From: Candidatus Parcubacteria bacterium
GTDB lineage: Bacteria; Patescibacteriota; Minisyncoccia; UBA6257; JAGOQP01
Direction: 5' to 3'
DNA length: 64,000 nt
Assembly: GCA_025999395.1 (NCBI GenBank)
Contig: AP024682.1
Span: 301,638-365,637 of the forward strand
The notes below the pieces were generated by a model. It was not told the DNA's origin. It saw only the letters and a list, made by a program, of their open reading frames with translations, and searched no databases. A program made the translations under genes and the position numbers. The first letter of the stretch is position 1. Each line of letters opens with the position of its first letter. Below are positions 61,682-64,000 of this stretch, one piece after another.

Positions 61682-62356
61682 ATGGAGGAGATACTTACAA
61701 AAATTAAACAACTAATAGAAGGATTTAGGGATAAATATACAATCAGATTAGAAGAAATTGTTGTTAATGCTGATAAGTTAAAGAAAGCCTGCAGAAGAAT
61801 TGAGCGCTCTTGGAGCGGTTCGTTTGCTGGTTGGCATGGCCGTATGTACTTTCGTGATTTTCAGATTCCATCAATACATGAAAGATTTAGTGGAGAATGG
61901 GGAGGAATACATGGCATACCTGAAGGATGGGAAGAAAAACAGCCTGAAGAAGTACGAGAAAAAATTGAAGAATTAGTTGGTGATGAATTTTCAGCTGATG
62001 ATTTTGAAAAAGAATTAGGGAAGTTAAAAAAAGAGGCAATCCAGCTTAAAGACGAAATAGTAATAACTCTTTCGGTCTTTAATTTTGACACCCACGCTGA
62101 AAAAGAAAAAGAATTATTTTCTCAAATAGAAAATTTTGAATTTGGCAAAACAAAGGGTGAATTTATAAACGATGGGTTGCCAAAAACAATGATGTCAAGA
62201 GATACGGAAGCCTTGCGGCAAGGAATTTGTATCGCTTCGTGGTTGTATTATGAAGGAGTAGCACTTGAAGCTAAGAGTTTTTATGAGGCGATAAATAATT
62301 TTTTCGGATTGGTTAATAAATTAGTAAGGCTACTTGAACAAAAAATCAAAACTTAA
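61682..62356 (+). CDS. Hypothetical protein, probable N-terminal part of the TIGR02391-domain protein
   Basis: Overlaps the next ORF at an A6 run (62340-62345). Confidence 0.65.
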   Translation: MEEILTKIKQLIEGFRDKYTIRLEEIVVNADKLKKACRRIERSWSGSFAGWHGRMYFRDFQIPSIHERFSGEWGGIHGIPEGWEEKQPEEVREKIEELVGDEFSADDFEKELGKLKKEAIQLKDEIVITLSVFNFDTHAEKEKELFSQIENFEFGKTKGEFINDGLPKTMMSRDTEALRQGICIASWLYYEGVALEAKSFYEAINNFFGLVNKLVRLLEQKIKT

Positions 62357-62753
62357 TACTAAAACAATCCATACCATAGATAATCAGTTAAATAATTTGC
62401 ACCAAGAAATATATAATAAATGTTTTGACTTGTATCAAAAGGGGGCATACGCGGAGGCAGTTGAAAAGAGTTTTAAGGTTGTACGAGATAGATTAAGAAA
62501 ATTGACAGGGTATGAGACAGGTTCAGAGGCATTTGGTAAGGGAAAATTACATATTAAGGGTGCTGCTGCTCAAAATGTTGACCAAGATTTTAATGACGCG
62601 GTTAAGTTCTTAACCATGGCAATTGATCGATTCCGCAATGAAAAAAGCCATACCTCAGATGCTAAAATAGATGACCCTGTCCGTGCTTATGAATATTTAA
62701 GACTAAGTAGTCTTGCGATGAATTTACTTGAAGATAGTGAGATTTTGTCGTAG
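62334..62753 (+). CDS. TIGR02391 (Ymh, HEPN-like) domain
   Basis: LHQEI...YAEAVEKSFKVVRDRLRKLTG and FRNEKSH (Rx4H). Confidence 0.8.
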   Translation: MNKKSKLNTKTIHTIDNQLNNLHQEIYNKCFDLYQKGAYAEAVEKSFKVVRDRLRKLTGYETGSEAFGKGKLHIKGAAAQNVDQDFNDAVKFLTMAIDRFRNEKSHTSDAKIDDPVRAYEYLRLSSLAMNLLEDSEILS

Positions 62754-62757
62754 GCTT

Positions 62758-63049
62758 TACCATAGCCCGCCTGCTGTCCCGCGAAGCGGGACTGGGGGTG
62801 GGAAGCGTTTCCGCAATTCTGCGTTAGTAGAATGTCAAAACAGAAAAATTTTCTTTTCCTTAATAGAAAAAATTTTGTCGGGGGCGCGATTAAATAAATG
62901 TTTAGAAAATTTTTCTGTTTTGTTCGGCGGAAACGAAGCGGACGCCGTGCGGAAACGCGGGGCGGGATTGTCGCCCGCAGGGCGACAATCAGAAGTCGGC
63001 ATCAGGATTTTGTTCAAAATAGGTTCGAATTTTGTCCAAAAGACACCGC
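62758..63049 (-). repeat. Right copy of 292-bp inverted repeat
   Basis: Reverse complement of 57800..58091. Confidence 0.95.
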
Positions 63050-63170
63050 TAGTTGCTGGCTTACTCTCTGCGAGGGCGCAAAGAGCGCTCCAGCCAACTT
63101 TGAAGCAGAAATTTAATTTTTTGTCTTTTAAAGTGAAATTCGAACTGACATTTTTAAAAGAGCAGAAATT
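63050..63170 (-). pseudogene. Degenerate 3'-end remnant of a third recombinase/att arm
   Basis: GTTGCTGGCT..CTCTGCGAGGGC..CCAGCC..AATTTTTTGTCTTT..TTCGA.C.GACATTTTT matches 52443..52538; encodes FKNVSSNFTLKDKKLNF. Confidence 0.75.
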
Positions 63171-63216
63171 TTTTAAGAGTAGTGGAAAAGTCAAATCATT
63201 AATTTTAAACAAGCTA

Positions 63217-64000
63217 ATGAATCAAAAAGAATTCACAATCGTTATTTTGGTTGCCGGGGTTATTGTGTTTCTGGGTATAGTTGGTTATTTTGTTTTTACT
63301 AAGAATTTGGAAATGGTTTCGCCTACTAACCCAATAAGTGTTGAATATGTAAATAATCAGTATGGTTTTAAATTTACTTTACCGTCAAGCTGGAAAGGCT
63401 ACTCCATTGTAACATCTAAATGGGAAGGTTATGCTCCAGCTGGCCCAGAGGGCGAGATAATAACTGAAGAAGGCCCCACAATTTCTATTAGACATCCTCA
63501 ATGGACTTCTCAAAATCCTCGACAAGACATTCCAATTATGGTTTTTACCAGTAGCCAATGGAATTCCTTGGAACAAGGTAAATTTCATATCGGTGCAGCG
63601 CCTATCAATCCCACTGAGCTTAGACGGAATTCTAAATATGTATTCGCTCTTCCAGCTCGCTATAATTATGCTTTTCCGGAAGGTTGGGAAGAGGTTGAGC
63701 AGATTTTGCAAAGTTATCCATTGCAAACATTCGAACCAGTGGAAAAGACAAATCTTCCTTCTTTTGAACAAAAGCTTGCTGCCTGCCACGCAATTCCGAA
63801 TAACTCCACTCAGAAAGTTGTGGAAACTACACGGCTTTTTATTAATCTTCCAAAAGATATATATCCTGATAAAGAAGATAATCTTCATTTTAAAACAATC
63901 AGTGGCAATGCTTCGGCAGGTTGGATTTCCAATGGCGGACCTCTCGGAGAAGCATGGGAAGCAACTCCAGACTGTTGGTCCTATTACTATGAATTTGATG
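63217..64000 (+). CDS. Secreted/membrane-anchored protein (partial, runs off the window)
   Basis: MNQKEFTIVILVAG.. TM helix, then YVNNQYGFKFTLPSSW motif; frame open to the window end. Confidence 0.75.
   Translation, partial: MNQKEFTIVILVAGVIVFLGIVGYFVFTKNLEMVSPTNPISVEYVNNQYGFKFTLPSSWKGYSIVTSKWEGYAPAGPEGEIITEEGPTISIRHPQWTSQNPRQDIPIMVFTSSQWNSLEQGKFHIGAAPINPTELRRNSKYVFALPARYNYAFPEGWEEVEQILQSYPLQTFEPVEKTNLPSFEQKLAACHAIPNNSTQKVVETTRLFINLPKDIYPDKEDNLHFKTISGNASAGWISNGGPLGEAWEATPDCWSYYYEFD

Larger units (their letters stand above)
56038..63049. mobile_element. Serine-recombinase element B (recombinase B, inverted att copy, defence cargo)
   Basis: Bounded by CCGCCA (56038) and CCGCTA (63046) cores; contains 114-bp and 292-bp inverted repeats. 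Confidence 0.75.

Noticed and set aside
57800-63049. Composite transposon or IS
   Set aside because: No transposase or target-site duplication; the repeat ends coincide with recombinase att cores.
63385-63888. 167-aa minus-strand ORF
   Set aside because: Shadow of the plus-strand ORF starting at 63217.

Overview
AT-rich bacterial chromosome segment (genetic code 11). Gene content and style suggest Patescibacteria/CPR, Parcubacteria-like; this is an inference. Positions 1-52 kb are mostly housekeeping genes: hpf, secA, lepA, pgk, rnhA, rnpB, guaB, rsmE, fmt, def, rplI, rpmA, nfo, archease-rtcB, glmS, rsmI, queA/tgt (frameshifted), uvrABC, rmuC, groES/EL, lemA, htpX and tRNA-Gly/Gln/Ser. Two accessory spots interrupt them. 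The first is a type IV pilin-like adhesin with a paralogous tip-domain gene (3.2-5.9 kb). The second is a low-GC RiPP-like islet beside tRNA-Gln, holding an unannotated 54-aa Cys/Ser/Thr-tailed precursor, a cyclase-less LanM dehydratase domain and a GNAT (15.6-17.9 kb). From tRNA-Ser (52.3 kb) onward lies a tandem stack of large-serine-recombinase elements. Their att site lies inside the recombinase 3' end, and each element also carries a second, inverted copy of that att region upstream of the recombinase. Recombinase modules and cargo modules are therefore each bracketed by inverted repeats (86, ~115, 114 and a perfect 292 bp). One cargo is a restriction-modification-like cassette whose methyltransferase is fused to LexA. 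Several frameshifts sit in homopolymer runs and may be sequencing errors.
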